From assembly GCF_004010195.1 (NCBI RefSeq), contig NC_057750.1, forward strand, positions 17,075,009 through 17,139,008: a stretch of DNA of 64,000 nucleotides, written 5' to 3'. The position numbers were made by a program, and so were the translations under genes. The DNA is from Chiloscyllium plagiosum (lineage: Eukaryota). Shown one piece after another: positions 1 through 11,642 of this stretch (position 1 is the first letter of the stretch; each line of letters opens with the position of its first letter). Below the pieces are notes generated by a model that had not been told where the DNA came from, searched no databases, and saw only the letters and a program-made list of their open reading frames with translations.

Positions 1-1033
1 GAGTGCCACAAGGATCGGTGCTGGGTTCTCTACTTTTTGTCATTTACATAAATGATTTGGATGCGAGCATAAGAGGTACAGTTAGTAAGTTTGCAGATGA
101 CACCAAAATTGGAGGGTGTAGTGGACAGCGAAGAGGGTTACCTCAGAGTACAACAAGATCTGGACCAGATGGGCCAATGGGCTGAGAAGTGGCAGATGGA
201 GTTTAATTCAGATAAATGCGAAGTGCTGCATTTTGGGAAAGCAAATCTTAGCAGGACTTATACACTTAATGGTAAGATCCTAGGGAGTATTGCTGAACAA
301 AGAGACCTTGGAGTGCAGGTTCATAGCTCCTTGAAAGTGGAGTCGCAGGTAGATAGGATAGTGAAGGCAGTGTTTGGTATGCTTTCCTTTATTTGTCAGA
401 GTATTGAGTACAGGAGTTGGGGAGTCATGTTGTGGCTGTACACAACATTGGTTAGGCCACTGTTGGAATATTGCATGCAATTCTGGCCTCCTTCCTATCG
501 GGAAGATGTTGTGAAATTTGAAAGGGTTCAGAAAAGATTTACAAGGATGTTGCCAGGGTTGGAGGATTTGAGCTATAGCGAGAGGCTGAACAGGCTGGAG
601 CTGTTTTCCCTGGAGCGTCAGAGGCTGTGGGATGACCCTATAGAGGTTTACAAAATTATGAGGAGCATGAATAGTGTAAATAGGCAAAGTCTTTTCCCTG
701 GGGTCGGGGAGTCCAGAACTAGAGAGCATAGGTTAAGGGTGAAAGGGTAAGGATATAAAAGAGACCTAAGGGGCAACATTTTCACACACAAGGTGGTACG
801 AGCATGACATGAGCTGTCAGAGGAAGTGGTGGAGGCTGGTACAATTGCAACACTTAAGAGGCATTTGGATGGGTATATGAATAGGAAGGGTTTGGAGAGA
901 TTGAGCCAGGGTTTGGAGGGTTTTGAGCCAGGTGCTGGCATGTGGGACTAGATTGGGTTGGGATATCTGGTCGGCATGGACGCATTGGAACATTGGGTCT
1001 GTTTCCATGCTGTACATCTCTATGACACTATAA
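1..1033 (+). mobile_element. CR1 LINE 3' part (RT C-terminus + 3'UTR), degenerate
   Basis: PQGSVLG..F.IYINDLD, KFADDTK, W..WQM.FN..KC, LVRP.LEYC.QFW motifs; CTCTATGA-type tail. Confidence 0.92.
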
Positions 1034-1413
1034 CTGAATGGCTTGCTAGGGCAATTTCAGAGGACCGTTGAGAGTCCTCAGAGGAGTCCTCGATTAATTG
1101 TTCCAGGGGTCTGGTGCCTTATGTGGGCCTAGAAAGTACAGCAGAGTCTGGGGTGGAGCCAGAGTCCTGGGAGGTGAAGATTGCGGCAGTGGCTATAGAC
1201 TGGGTTTTGGTGGGCAGTGGGAATGGGGAAAGCTGAATGCTTTTACTATGGACATTCTATTTTGTTGGGTGTGTATTGGGAATCACAGGAAAATCAAGTC
1301 TACCATATTTCTCCATTTCTTAATGATTTAATGTATTCATATTCTTAATTGAGCAAGCAATTTTATTGCCGTCATCAGTATTTTGGCTAGTTAGGCACAA
1401 AGTGGTTTATTTC

Positions 1414-2068
1414 CGTAGTGATTGTAATGAGGTCAGCCAGGTAGACCTCATAGAATATGAGTTCCCTAATTGGGGATGTTAATCTACACCAATCAGGGAG
1501 CCCTGGCTGATAGATAAGAACAGGAGTGTCCTATGTGAGCTAAAAAAAAAGGACAGGAGTGTTAGCTGGATCAGTGTCAAGGACTATGCTCATGTAAATA
1601 AAGGTCACTTGGTGACAGGGAAAAAAAAGAACAGGAGTGTTGGACATCCTATCATTCTGACAGCTGCCTCTGAGAGAGCTGGATTAGTATCAAGGAATTT
1701 CCACATGTAAATAAAGGGTGACTTGGTAATATGCAATATGGTGGCTCAGTGGTTAGCATCGCTGCCTCACGGCGCCAAGGACGTGGATTTGAATCCAGCC
1801 TTGGGCGACTGTCTGTGTGGAGTTTGTACATTTTCACCATGTCAGAGTGGATTTCCTTCGGGTGCTCCAGTTTTCTCTCACAGCCCAGTGATGTGCAGGG
1901 TTGATGAATTAGCCATGGGAAATGCAGGGTTATAGGCCAAGGGTGGGGTGAGGTGGGTCTAGGTGTGATGCTGTTCATAGGGTTGGTATGAATTTTATGG
2001 GTTGAACAGCCTGCATTCACATTGTAGGGATTGTATGATTCTATACCAGCCATTGTCAAGTTATTTCA
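1414..2068 (+). mobile_element. Gypsy-type LTR (5' LTR) with internal poly(A) insertions and a nested SINE
   Basis: Starts (t/c)gtagtgatt and ends gttatttCA, with CCAAT and AATAAA; followed directly by gag. Shares termini with the LTR at 43546-44884. Confidence 0.8.
1730..2045 (+). mobile_element. tRNA-derived SINE (HE1/V-SINE type)
   Basis: GGTGGCTCAGTGGTTAGCA A box, B-box-like region, GTCTGTGTGGAGTTTG core; many copies in the window. Confidence 0.85.
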
Positions 2069-2915
2069 GTAGTTACAACACGTTCTGAAGAAATTCACTT
2101 GCAACAGTCTTTTTTGAGTTAGGGAAAAGCATTTCTAGCATCATGCCATTATTTGGTAAGTTTGATTTGTTCATTATTTGGTAAGTTTGATGTCCTTGCC
2201 ATCGAAGCCTACGAATGCATTTTTTTTCTGGGCAAATGACATTGGGGCAAATGAAAAGCAATGACGAATTCTCCTGAATTACTTGTGGGCCTGTAGCTTT
2301 TTTGGTTATTAGGAGCCTAACATTGCCTGAGGCACCAAATGCTAAAACCTTTCAAGAGTTGACGGATTTAATTAAGGAACATTATAATCCCAAGCTTCCT
2401 CTAATTCTGAGATACTATCGGTTTTACTCAGCAATTTGAGAACCAGGGGAATCCAAATTGGGATTTTTGACAAGGTTAAAATGACTGGCAAAGCCACATG
2501 ATTTTGGATTAATCCTTAATAAAATGCTGAGAGATTGTTTGGTGTATGGGATTAATGAGGCAAACGTGCAAAAATGCCTACTAGCTGAAGTCCAACAGGA
2601 CTTTAAACAGCCACGACAACTGGCTTTATCATTTGAAAACACGGCAAGTGGAGAATATGAGTTACAGGGTATGCCGATGTAAGTGAATACCCTTGCTAGT
2701 CCAACTGAGCTTGGGTGAAGACAATTGCATACCTCACTTAGGACATATCCTGAGCAGAGGGATTCCAGGTTAGCCCACAGCAAAACCCCCAAACAAAGCT
2801 AAATGGTTGACGTTTTCTTCAAGGTCTGAGCTGGCAGCCATTGTAATTGCTGGCAATATGCAGACTTGAGACAGCAAAGCAGACCCACTAGACATAAAAT
2901 GAGTAAGAGAATTCA
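2069..2915 (+). mobile_element. Gypsy LTR retrotransposon gag remnant
   Basis: Degenerate frame MPLFGKFD...KTFQELTDLIKEHYNPK...RYYRFY...GES...LRDCLVYGINE, with stops. Confidence 0.8.
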
Positions 2916-3089
2916 TGGTCAAAGAGTGTGGTGCTGGAAAAGTACAGGTGGTCAGGCAGCATCCGAGGAGCAGGTGAGTCAACATTTTGAGCATAAGCTT
3001 CTCATTAGGAATGTGGGAATGGCCCAAGGGGGCTGAGAGATAAATGGAAGGCGAGTGGGGCTGAGGGGAAAATACATCATGGTGGGGTG

Positions 3090-4215
3090 AACATGACAGC
3101 TCTTGACTACAAGGCCATATTCAACTGAGTCTGCCATCAAGGAGTCCTAGCAAAACTGGAATCAATGGGTATCAGGTGGCAAACTCTCCAGGACTAATGC
3201 CTGGCACACAGGAAGACAGTCATGTTTGTTGGAGGTCAGTCATCTCAGTTCCAGGACATCTCTGCAGGAGTTCCTCAGTATTGTCCTCGGCCCATCCATC
3301 TTCAGCTGCTTCATCAATGACCTTTCCTCCATCATAAGGTCAAAAGTGGGTGTGTCGCTGATGATTGCACAATATTCGGCGCCATTTGCGACTCCTCAAA
3401 TAGTGAAGCAGCCCATGTTCAAATGTATCAAGATCTGGACAATTTCCAAGCTTGGGCTGACAAGTGACAAGTAAAATTTGTGCCACACAAATGCCAGGCA
3501 ATGACCATCTCCAATAGGAAACCTATTTGTTGCCCTTTGACATTCAATGGTGAATCCCCACTAGCAAAATCCTTGGGGTCACCATTGACCAGAAACTCAA
3601 CTGGACTCACCACAGCAACAAAGTGGTTAGAGAGCAAGTTAGAGATTAGGAATACTACGGCAAATAACACACTTTCTGACTCCCAAAGTCTGTTCACCAT
3701 CCTCAAGGCACAAGTCAGGTGTATGATGGAATACTTTGCACTTGCCTGAACAGGTGGAGCTCCCTACAACACTCAAGAAGCTTGACACCAACCTGGACAA
3801 AGCAGCCTGCTTGACTGGCACCACATCCATTAGCATCCACTCCCTCTACTACCAATGCTCAGTAGCAGCAGTGTGTACTAATTTACATGGTGCACTACAG
3901 AAATTCCCCACAAATCCTTGGACAGCATCTTCCACCTACGAGCATTTCCTTCGAGAAGGCCAAGGGTAGCAGATACATGGGAATTCTACCACCTGCAAGT
4001 TCTCCAAGCCACTCACCATCCTGACGTTTTAAATATATCGCTGCTCCTTCACTGTCACTGGGTCAAAATCTTGCACTTTCCTCCTTAAGGGTATTATTGA
4101 TCAACGTGCATAATGTGGATGCAGTAGTTAAAGAAGGCAGCTCAAGGGCAGCTAGTGACAAATAATAAATGCTGGCCAGCCAGCAGTGCACATGTTCCAC
4201 AAGTGATTAAAAAAA
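3090..4215 (+). mobile_element. L2/CR1-like LINE 3' fragment
   Basis: LGPSIFSCFINDL RT motif, KAQVR..MEY; related copies at 25345-25700, 37480-38898 and 55920-56260. Confidence 0.75.
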
Positions 4216-5559
4216 TCTTCCACAGGTCCCAGATTTAAAGCAGTATAATTTTCCATTTTGAAATTCACAGCCCAAAATGTAAAAGTATACTTTATACCTT
4301 GGCTTGATAGATCTGCCAACTCACAACATGAACCTCTGTGCAACCTTTTCTGGCATTCTGGGAATGGTTGCCCTGTGCCGAAGGGGAACCTTATGAATTG
4401 AATCTATCTGACGTCCTCCATGGCTACATCCATTACTCAGATGTGAGGGCAATCAGAGCACAAAGCACTGTGGATCCGTAAATTCATGGGATCTCTTTGG
4501 ATAGTCATGCCATGTGCTTTAGCATAATCTTGGTTAATTGGGAATAGAAACAAAAACAGAAATTTCTGGGGAAACTCAGCAAGTCTGCCAGCATCTGTGA
4601 GAAGAAAGCAGAGTTAATGTTTCACCTTTTCATCAGAACTGGTAGCAGCTAGGAGAAACCATTATTTATGCTGAAGATGAGGTTGAGGGTGAGGGGTTTG
4701 GGCAAAGGAAGAAGAGAGTGGATACCTAGAGAGAAAGAAAGGTATGAAAGGGGATAGGTAAATAATGAGGAGGTAAAAAAGGCCTGCCAGTTCAAAACAT
4801 CACCGTGTTCCCATGCCATTTCTGTCGCAAGCCTGCTGCAATGTTTCAGCAAGCCTCAGTGAAAGCTCATAGAACAGCATCTCATTTTCTGCTTGGATAT
4901 CCTGCAGCCTTTGGGACTCAGTATACAGTTCAATAGTTTTAGAGTCTCATTCCATTCTTCTATGTTTTTTTACTGCACACACACCCAGTCTTGACGTGAC
5001 AGGGTTGTTTTAAAAAAAGCAAATTATTTTCACCTACTCTCAGGCCTATCATCACATTACATGGTATGCTTTCAGCACAGAATACCCATTCTCCACTACC
5101 CTTAACTTTCATTATTACTTATTCAGCTTCTCTTCTGCCCTGGCCTGCTATCCATAATTCCTTCATCTACCTACCCCTTTCATACCTCTCTTCCTGGGCT
5201 TCATCATAATATCATAATCATGCCTCCAGTATTTGCAGCAATCTGTTTTCGAGCCCTAGAATGTAGGGTATTAGTTCCTAGAAATTTGTGGAATTCAGTC
5301 CCTTAAATGTCTCCAGTTTTTTTTCTCTCGTTCAGTTAAATGCATTGGTTCCCCTGCACTTTCTAGTACCCAATCTGCCCTTTTGATGTGCAACTTATTT
5401 CTCCTACTGTGAAGGTAAACATAAAATGTCTCTGTCATTTCCTCATTCCCCATAGTCATTTCTCTTTACTATGTTTCTAAGGGATCAGCATTTACTTTAG
5501 ATACTCTCTTCCCTTATAGATACTTGATGCTGATATTAGTACACCTGTCCTACTATCTA

Positions 5560-7900
5560 ATGTGGATAATCATTCTGAAACATTGTTGCTTCTCAAGGGC
5601 CTTGAGATGGCACCTAGATGTAATCCAGCTTTCAGAATCATATAGAAGAGTCAGAAGGCTGACTGCCTCATACACAAGATCTAGAATCAGCCTGGATATT
5701 GTGATCATCGAAGACTCTCATCTTTAAACATATGTGGGTTGCGCTTGCAGATCGAATGTGGTGTTGAATGTCCACAGCGATGTCAACCTTTTATGACAGG
5801 TAGTTTCCCTGGTAGGGGAAATGTTTCACATTTGGGAGAATTTCTCTGTTGATCTTAATGGAGGGTTGGACCAGAACTTGACTGGGACTGAGTTGGTTAA
5901 AGGATTTAAGTCTTCCTGAAGTTGAGGCTGCCATCTTATTGCAGAAGAGACGGAGGACTCTGATGAATTTCTCTGGACAGCCGGCCCTTGATCGGATTTT
6001 CCGTAGCACTTCCATATTGACTGTGTCAAAAGCCTTGTTCAGATCAATGAAGGCCAAATACAGTGGTTGGTGTTGATCCTGGAATTTCTCGCAGTTGCTG
6101 AGCATTGAAAATCATGATCATAGTTCCACAGTTTATTCAGAAGCCACATTAGCTTGGACAGAATTTGTCAGAGACTGGTAGATTTGGGTGATAATCTTTC
6201 TGGTAATGGAGAGTAGGAAGACTCCTTGGTAGTTCCCAACATCTACTTTGTCTCCTTTCTTGAGGATAGTGGTGTCAGCAGCAACTCTGAGATCGGCAAG
6301 GAATTCATCTTTGTCCCAGATTTTCAAGAGCAGTTGATGGAGATAACAAGTAAGCTCTGCCTCTTCAAGTTTGAAAATTCACAGTGGAAACCTGTCCATT
6401 CTTGCAGCCTTTCCATTCTTCACATGTCAAATGGCAGCTTTGACTTATGCCACATTAGATGGGAATCCAAGATCATCTTCAATATGGAGTTGGGGATTTC
6501 CTCAACAGGTTCTTATCTACTACTGTATCATAGATTTATGAGTTCTTTGAAGTATTCTCCCATCAGAGCCCATTAGAGACTGATGTTTTCTCTATGTTGC
6601 AAAATACTTCCTCCTTACACCAGACCAGTTTGAGGCCAAGAGTGTTGGGTCCATATATTGCCTTGTAATGTCATTTTAGCAGACAGGAAAAGCTTTCCTC
6701 TTCATGTCAATGAGTTCTTGGATAATGTGGTCATTCTCGCCAAGCCAGTCATTGGTGTTTCATGGTGTTGTAGCTCTTGTTTCTTCCCAACATGAGGTGA
6801 TGGCTGTCTTCAGGTCTTTCCAGATTTCCTCCACTCCATTAATATGAACTATTTAGAGCTTATTAGTGAAGACATTGTTGGAAGTTTGTTAGCCTGAATG
6901 GCTCTTGAAGTGACTCAACATTGAGCTTTTTTCCGTTCTGTTACTTCATCTTCAGCTGTTTCTGGATGTAGAGGAGTGGATGAGATGGTGGTCTGTCAGT
7001 GGTCATCTGCACTGGTCATTGCTTTGGTATTGAGAACATTCTTTTGGTCTTGGGGTTGAATGCTGATGTAGTCAATTATGTGCTAGTGCTTTGATTGTGG
7101 ATACCTCAAATAAAGTCTTGAACTTGTCTTTGTGGCAGCACAATGTGTTGGTGATGACCAGCTGGTGTTCTGCATATTTGGTGAGCAGGGGAATCTCTTT
7201 GGTGTTGCAAGTCCCAACTGCTTCCTTTCCAATATTCCTTTCCAGAGTTGGCAGTCCTTTCCAAACCTGGTGTTGAAGTTGCCAAGGATTATAATTTTGT
7301 TTTCCTTAGGGATGAGAATATGTTGGAGCATAAGCACTCACTGCTGATTCTTGGTAAGTTATAGGTGAAGAATCATGAGTCGATCATTGATGTCAGTAAT
7401 GAGTTCCAAGAGCTTGTTGATGAGTTTATTCTTGATAGTGAATCCAATTCCATGTATCCTGTGTTAATCCGGAGATTTTCCTCTGCAGAAGAAGGTATAG
7501 CTATCACCTGCTTCCCTCAGCAGCCCATCGTTTGCTGTTGGTATCTCCTGCAGGGCAGCAATGTTAATATCAAAGTACATTGGTTCATAGGCAAGAAGGG
7601 CAGTTCCAGATTATTGTTTTGCTCATTACTCACAATTGAACAATTGTACATTCCTGGTTCTGGGATCAAGCTTGACTTTGGTTTTCAGTCCTCAGATAGG
7701 TGAGCATTCAGAATGTAGTTTTCCAGCCAGGTTGGTGACAGAACAGACTATTTTTAGGACATCTATTACAGTCCCTTCCCTGTGCAAGCTGAGCTAATTG
7801 GATCCTAAAGTGGGCTACTCAGTCATGATAAACGCTGCCAAACATTTTCCTGTTCTTGTTCCAAAAGTGAAATGACTGAGTCAAACTCCACCACCTAAGT
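5560..7900 (-). mobile_element. RTE-clade LINE fossil (APE + RT)
   Basis: IIILGNFNTRFGKD (APE), KKGD...GNY.G..LLS, QPLYLAFIDLNKAFDTVN...GCPEKFI (RTE-type RT); multiple frameshifts. Confidence 0.8.
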
Positions 7901-8639
7901 GCCAGGCCAAAGCTAGGGGCTTCCAGATCTCCCAGTCGATTGCTGCAAGACTTGTGTTGTATTTGTGGTAGGCTGAATTCCTCTACATAGAAACCTTGTG
8001 CAGGACATCTTTTAACGTGGGAAAGCTGTTGCATATCAGCAGATACACAGTCCTTGATGAACGCAGATCCATTCCAGTGGCAGGACAATCTCGACTTTGG
8101 AGATCTTCCTACTACTGCAGTCTTCATCCTTAGCTGCAGGTGTTGATATCACTTGAAAATCTTCTGAATCACCTTTGAGAACTTGTTTTAGATTGTACTT
8201 TAGCTCCTCCCCTCTGACGTTTGTGCCATGAGCTGTGAAGAATTGAGAAGTCCTGATGTCATTGCTCCCAATATCAATGGAATACTCAAGCCTCTCCACT
8301 GCAGCAAGGTAGCAATCCAGGTATCAATCCACGGGAGGGTGTGGAGAACATTATAACTGGGCCATATCATAAATATTGTTCACAATATATGTATTTTCTA
8401 GCAACAGCATGTCAAAGCAAGAAGCTTGAATGATTCAGTGGATTCATGACCAAGGTCAGAATATGTGGAGACAGGGACAGGCAGCAAATGTATTACAAAC
8501 TGTCTACAAAACAGAAGCAGTTGAGATACAGGTACTGTAATTAATCAGATTGGCCCCAAAAAGGGGGAAGCTGAGAAAAATCATATATCAACATATATCA
8601 AATGAAAGTTGGCAGAATTAAGAGTGATTTGAATGGTCC

Positions 8640-8965
8640 TGATTTGGAGATGCCGGTGTTAGACTGGGGTGGACAAAGTTAAAAATCACACAACACCAGG
8701 TTATAGTCCAACAGGTTTAATTGGAAGCACACTAGCTTTCGGAGCGACGCTCCTTCATCAGGTGATAGTGGAGGGCTCGATCGTAACACAGAATTTATAG
8801 CAAAAATTTACAGTGTGATGGAACTGAAATTATACATTGAAAAATTGATTGTCTGTTAAGCCTTTCATCTGTTAGAATACTGTGATAGTTTCACTTCTTT
8901 CATGTGTAAATCATAAAACCTTTTTTTTAAAGTTGCATTCTCGGGTTAGCTATTAACAATGGTGA
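8640..8965 (-). mobile_element. Penelope-like element terminal fragment with hammerhead motif
   Basis: Same sequence as the arms of the 57836-60616 element; minus strand cacCTGATGAaggagcgtcgctccGAAAgctagtg at 8730-8764. Confidence 0.7.
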
Positions 8966-8989
8966 CAAAAGATGTACAAAAAGCAAGTT

Positions 8990-9411
8990 CAACACTAGAC
9001 TTCCATTCAGAAGTCTAATAACAGTGGGGAAAAGCTGTTCTTGAACCTATTGGTATGTGTGTTTAAGCTTTTGCACCTTCTGCCTGATGGAAGAGGTTGG
9101 AAGGGATTATAACCGGGATGGGAGAAGTCTTTGATGATGTTGGCTGCCTTTGCACGGCAACAAGAAATGTAGATAGAGTCAATTGATGGAAGGTTGACTT
9201 GCATGATGGTCTCGATTGTGTTCACAACTTCCTGTAGTTTCCTACGATCCTGGGCAGAGCAGTTGCTGTACCAAGCCACGATGCATCCAGATAGAATGCT
9301 TTCTATGGTGCATTGGTAAAAGGTGGTGAGGGTCTTTATGGATATACTGAATTTCTTTAGCCTCCTGAAGAAGAAGAGGCACTGCAGTGCCTTATTGACT
9401 GGGTGGTCCAA
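8990..9411 (-). mobile_element. Rex1/Babar-type LINE 3' fragment
   Basis: KA.Q.LFF.RRLKKF...FY.CTIESILSGCI.AWY.NC...DR..LQ...LPSGRR....T.RFKNSF. Confidence 0.75.
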
Positions 9412-9699
9412 GACGGATTTTATTATTGGTCCAGAATGGTAATTTATTGACAGATTAGCTGCCTTTAATGTGAAAGTATTGATAGGTGTTGGTTTTATAA
9501 GAGATTAAGTGCATGAAATGATTTAAATGTTTTGAATGGACTTTTATCAATTAGAGTGTTTTGATGATGAATTTTGTTGTAAAATTTATTTCATTTCATC
9601 TGAGTATTGCTCTTGAGATATACTCGTGTTAGCATGGAAAGTGTAAGGGCAAAAGATAGTGGATAAGAGCTGCCATATTTGAATGGGGCCTATGAGGGA

Positions 9700-10760
9700 C
9701 AGGGTCACATGCTGCCATGAGTTGACACAGAGACTTAGTTGAAGGAACGGCATGATTGGCAACTAATGTTCCAGGATATAGACGCTTCAGACAGGATGAG
9801 GAGGGAAGTAAAAGGGGGGGAGGAGTTGCATTGCTGGTCAGGGATGATATCATGGCTGTGCTAAAGGAGGACACAATGGAGGCTTGAGTAGTGAGGCATT
9901 ATGGGTGGAGCTGAGAAATAAGAAGGGTGCAGTTACATTGTTGGGGCTGCATTACAGGCCTCCCAACAGTGAGCGTGAGGTAGAAGAACAAATAAGTAAA
10001 CAGATTATGGAAAGATGTAGGCCACATTAGATTTGGTACTGGGTAATGAACCCGGCCAAGTGTTAGATTTGGTGGTAGGTGAACACTTTTGTGATAGTGA
10101 CCGCAATTCGGTTATGTTTATTTTAATGATGGAAAGGGGTATGTATACATCACAGGACAAGAGTTATAACTTGGTGAAAGACAATTATGATGCGATGAGG
10201 CAAGATTTAGGATGCATAAGATGGGGAAGGAAACTGCAGGAGATGGGCACAATTGAAATGTGGAGCTTATTCAAAGAACAGCTACTAAATGCCCTTTATT
10301 AGGGTGTACCTGTCAGGCAGGGAGAAAGTTATGGAGTAAGGGAGCCGTGGTTTACTAAGGAAGTTGAATCTCTTTCAAGAGGAAGGATGAGAAGTGAAGG
10401 CTCAGTAAGGGTGCTTGAAAGTTACAGGCTAAGCAGGAAAGACCTAAAGGGAGAACCAAGAGGAGCCAGGACAGAACAGGAGAGGTCATTGGCAGATGGG
10501 ATCAAGGAAAACCCTGAAGCTTTCCATATGTATATCAGGAATAAAAGAATGACGAGAGAAAGATTAGGGCCAATCAAGGGCAGTAGTGGGAAGTTGTATG
10601 TGGAGTCCAAGGAGGTAAGAGAAGCACTAAATGAATATTTTTCATCGATATCCACACTGGAAAAAGACAATGCTGTCAAGGAGAATACTGTGATACAGGA
10701 TACTAGACCAGACAGGATTGAGGTTCGCAAGGAGGTGTTACCAATTCTAGAAAGTGAGAA
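9700..10760 (+). mobile_element. CR1 LINE ORF2 internal fragment (endonuclease/linker)
   Basis: R.DR....GGGVALLV, YRPPNS, GEHF..SD.NSV, IKENP.AF..YIR.KR, EALNEYFSS motifs. Confidence 0.82.
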
Positions 10761-10784
10761 AAGATTAGAGTTAGAAGTTTGATA

Positions 10785-10905
10785 AGGAGAAAGTGAGGAC
10801 TGCAGATGCTGGAGATCAGAGCTGAAAATGTGTTGCTGGAAAAGCTCAGCAGGTCAGGCAGCATCCAAGGAGCAGGAGAATCGATGTTTCGGGCATGAGT
10901 CCTTC
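10785..10905 (+). mobile_element. Short Penelope-derived terminal repeat (GAGAAAGTGAGGACTGCAGATGCTGG family)
   Basis: High-copy motif, also near 2920, 26880, 34205, 35468, 41521, 43130, 43310, 46885 and 52598; the reverse strand carries a CTGAAGA..GAAAC hammerhead core in fuller copies. Confidence 0.65.
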
Positions 10906-11474
10906 TTTGTACAAAGTGCACAATGAAGACTAGATGCTTTCCCAGGTGGGAAGAAGAAGAATATTAATTAGATCAGAGAAAGAATCATCTCAGGTGATGC
11001 ATTTTGTGAGGTCTAATAAGGGAAGGATGTACACAGAGAATGGTGGGCCCTTAGGGAGTCTTGATGAAGAAGAAGACCTTGGTGTACAAATACATTTGGT
11101 CCCCATGTCAAATCATTAATATATATTGTGTTGTTCAAAAACAACATTTCACAAAAAAATGTAAACTCATGCTTAACATATATCTTCATAACTGATATTC
11201 AATGCAGTTAGATCAAAAATACAGTAACCAGTCGCTTAATGTTGAAACACACAGGAAGAAAGAAAAACTAATGACTTCAAAATGGCTACATACAATTTTC
11301 TGACAGAAGAATGATGCTGGAATATGATGCTGCAGCATTTGCCTTTGGAAGAAAAGGAATCTTAGCTTGTGGTTTGGTCGCAAATGGAGAAATGAAATTA
11401 GAGTCTCATACAATTCCCTCAATAGCAAACTAATTCTTACTACATTGGAAAGTTGGGAATAGAAAACCGCTCCT

Positions 11475-11642
11475 TCAGGAACAAGGATTGTGCGGATGGT
11501 CTGTGAAAGGATACAAATATATTTCAGACTTTTTTGTACATGGTTTATAATAAGAGTAAATAACATTTTCCTCGAATGTTTTGCAGCCAATAGAGAGGTC
11601 CTTGCTGAAGTGAATTTTGATTTGCACAAGAACCTGCCGTTT
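11475..11642 (-). CDS. rnaset2l: RNase T2-like terminal exon 9 (coding part)
   Basis: ttttctttgttcattcag| KRQVLVQIKIHFSKDLSIGC...KPCTKKSEIYLYPFTDHPHNPCS TGA; C-terminal C....I.YP pattern of T2 RNases. Confidence 0.9.
   Translation of the reverse strand, partial: KRQVLVQIKIHFSKDLSIGCKTFEENVIYSYYKPCTKKSEIYLYPFTDHPHNPCS

Noticed and set aside
91..750. 219-aa ORF as a host gene
   Set aside because: CR1 reverse-transcriptase C-terminus, frameshifted relative to the upstream RT motifs.
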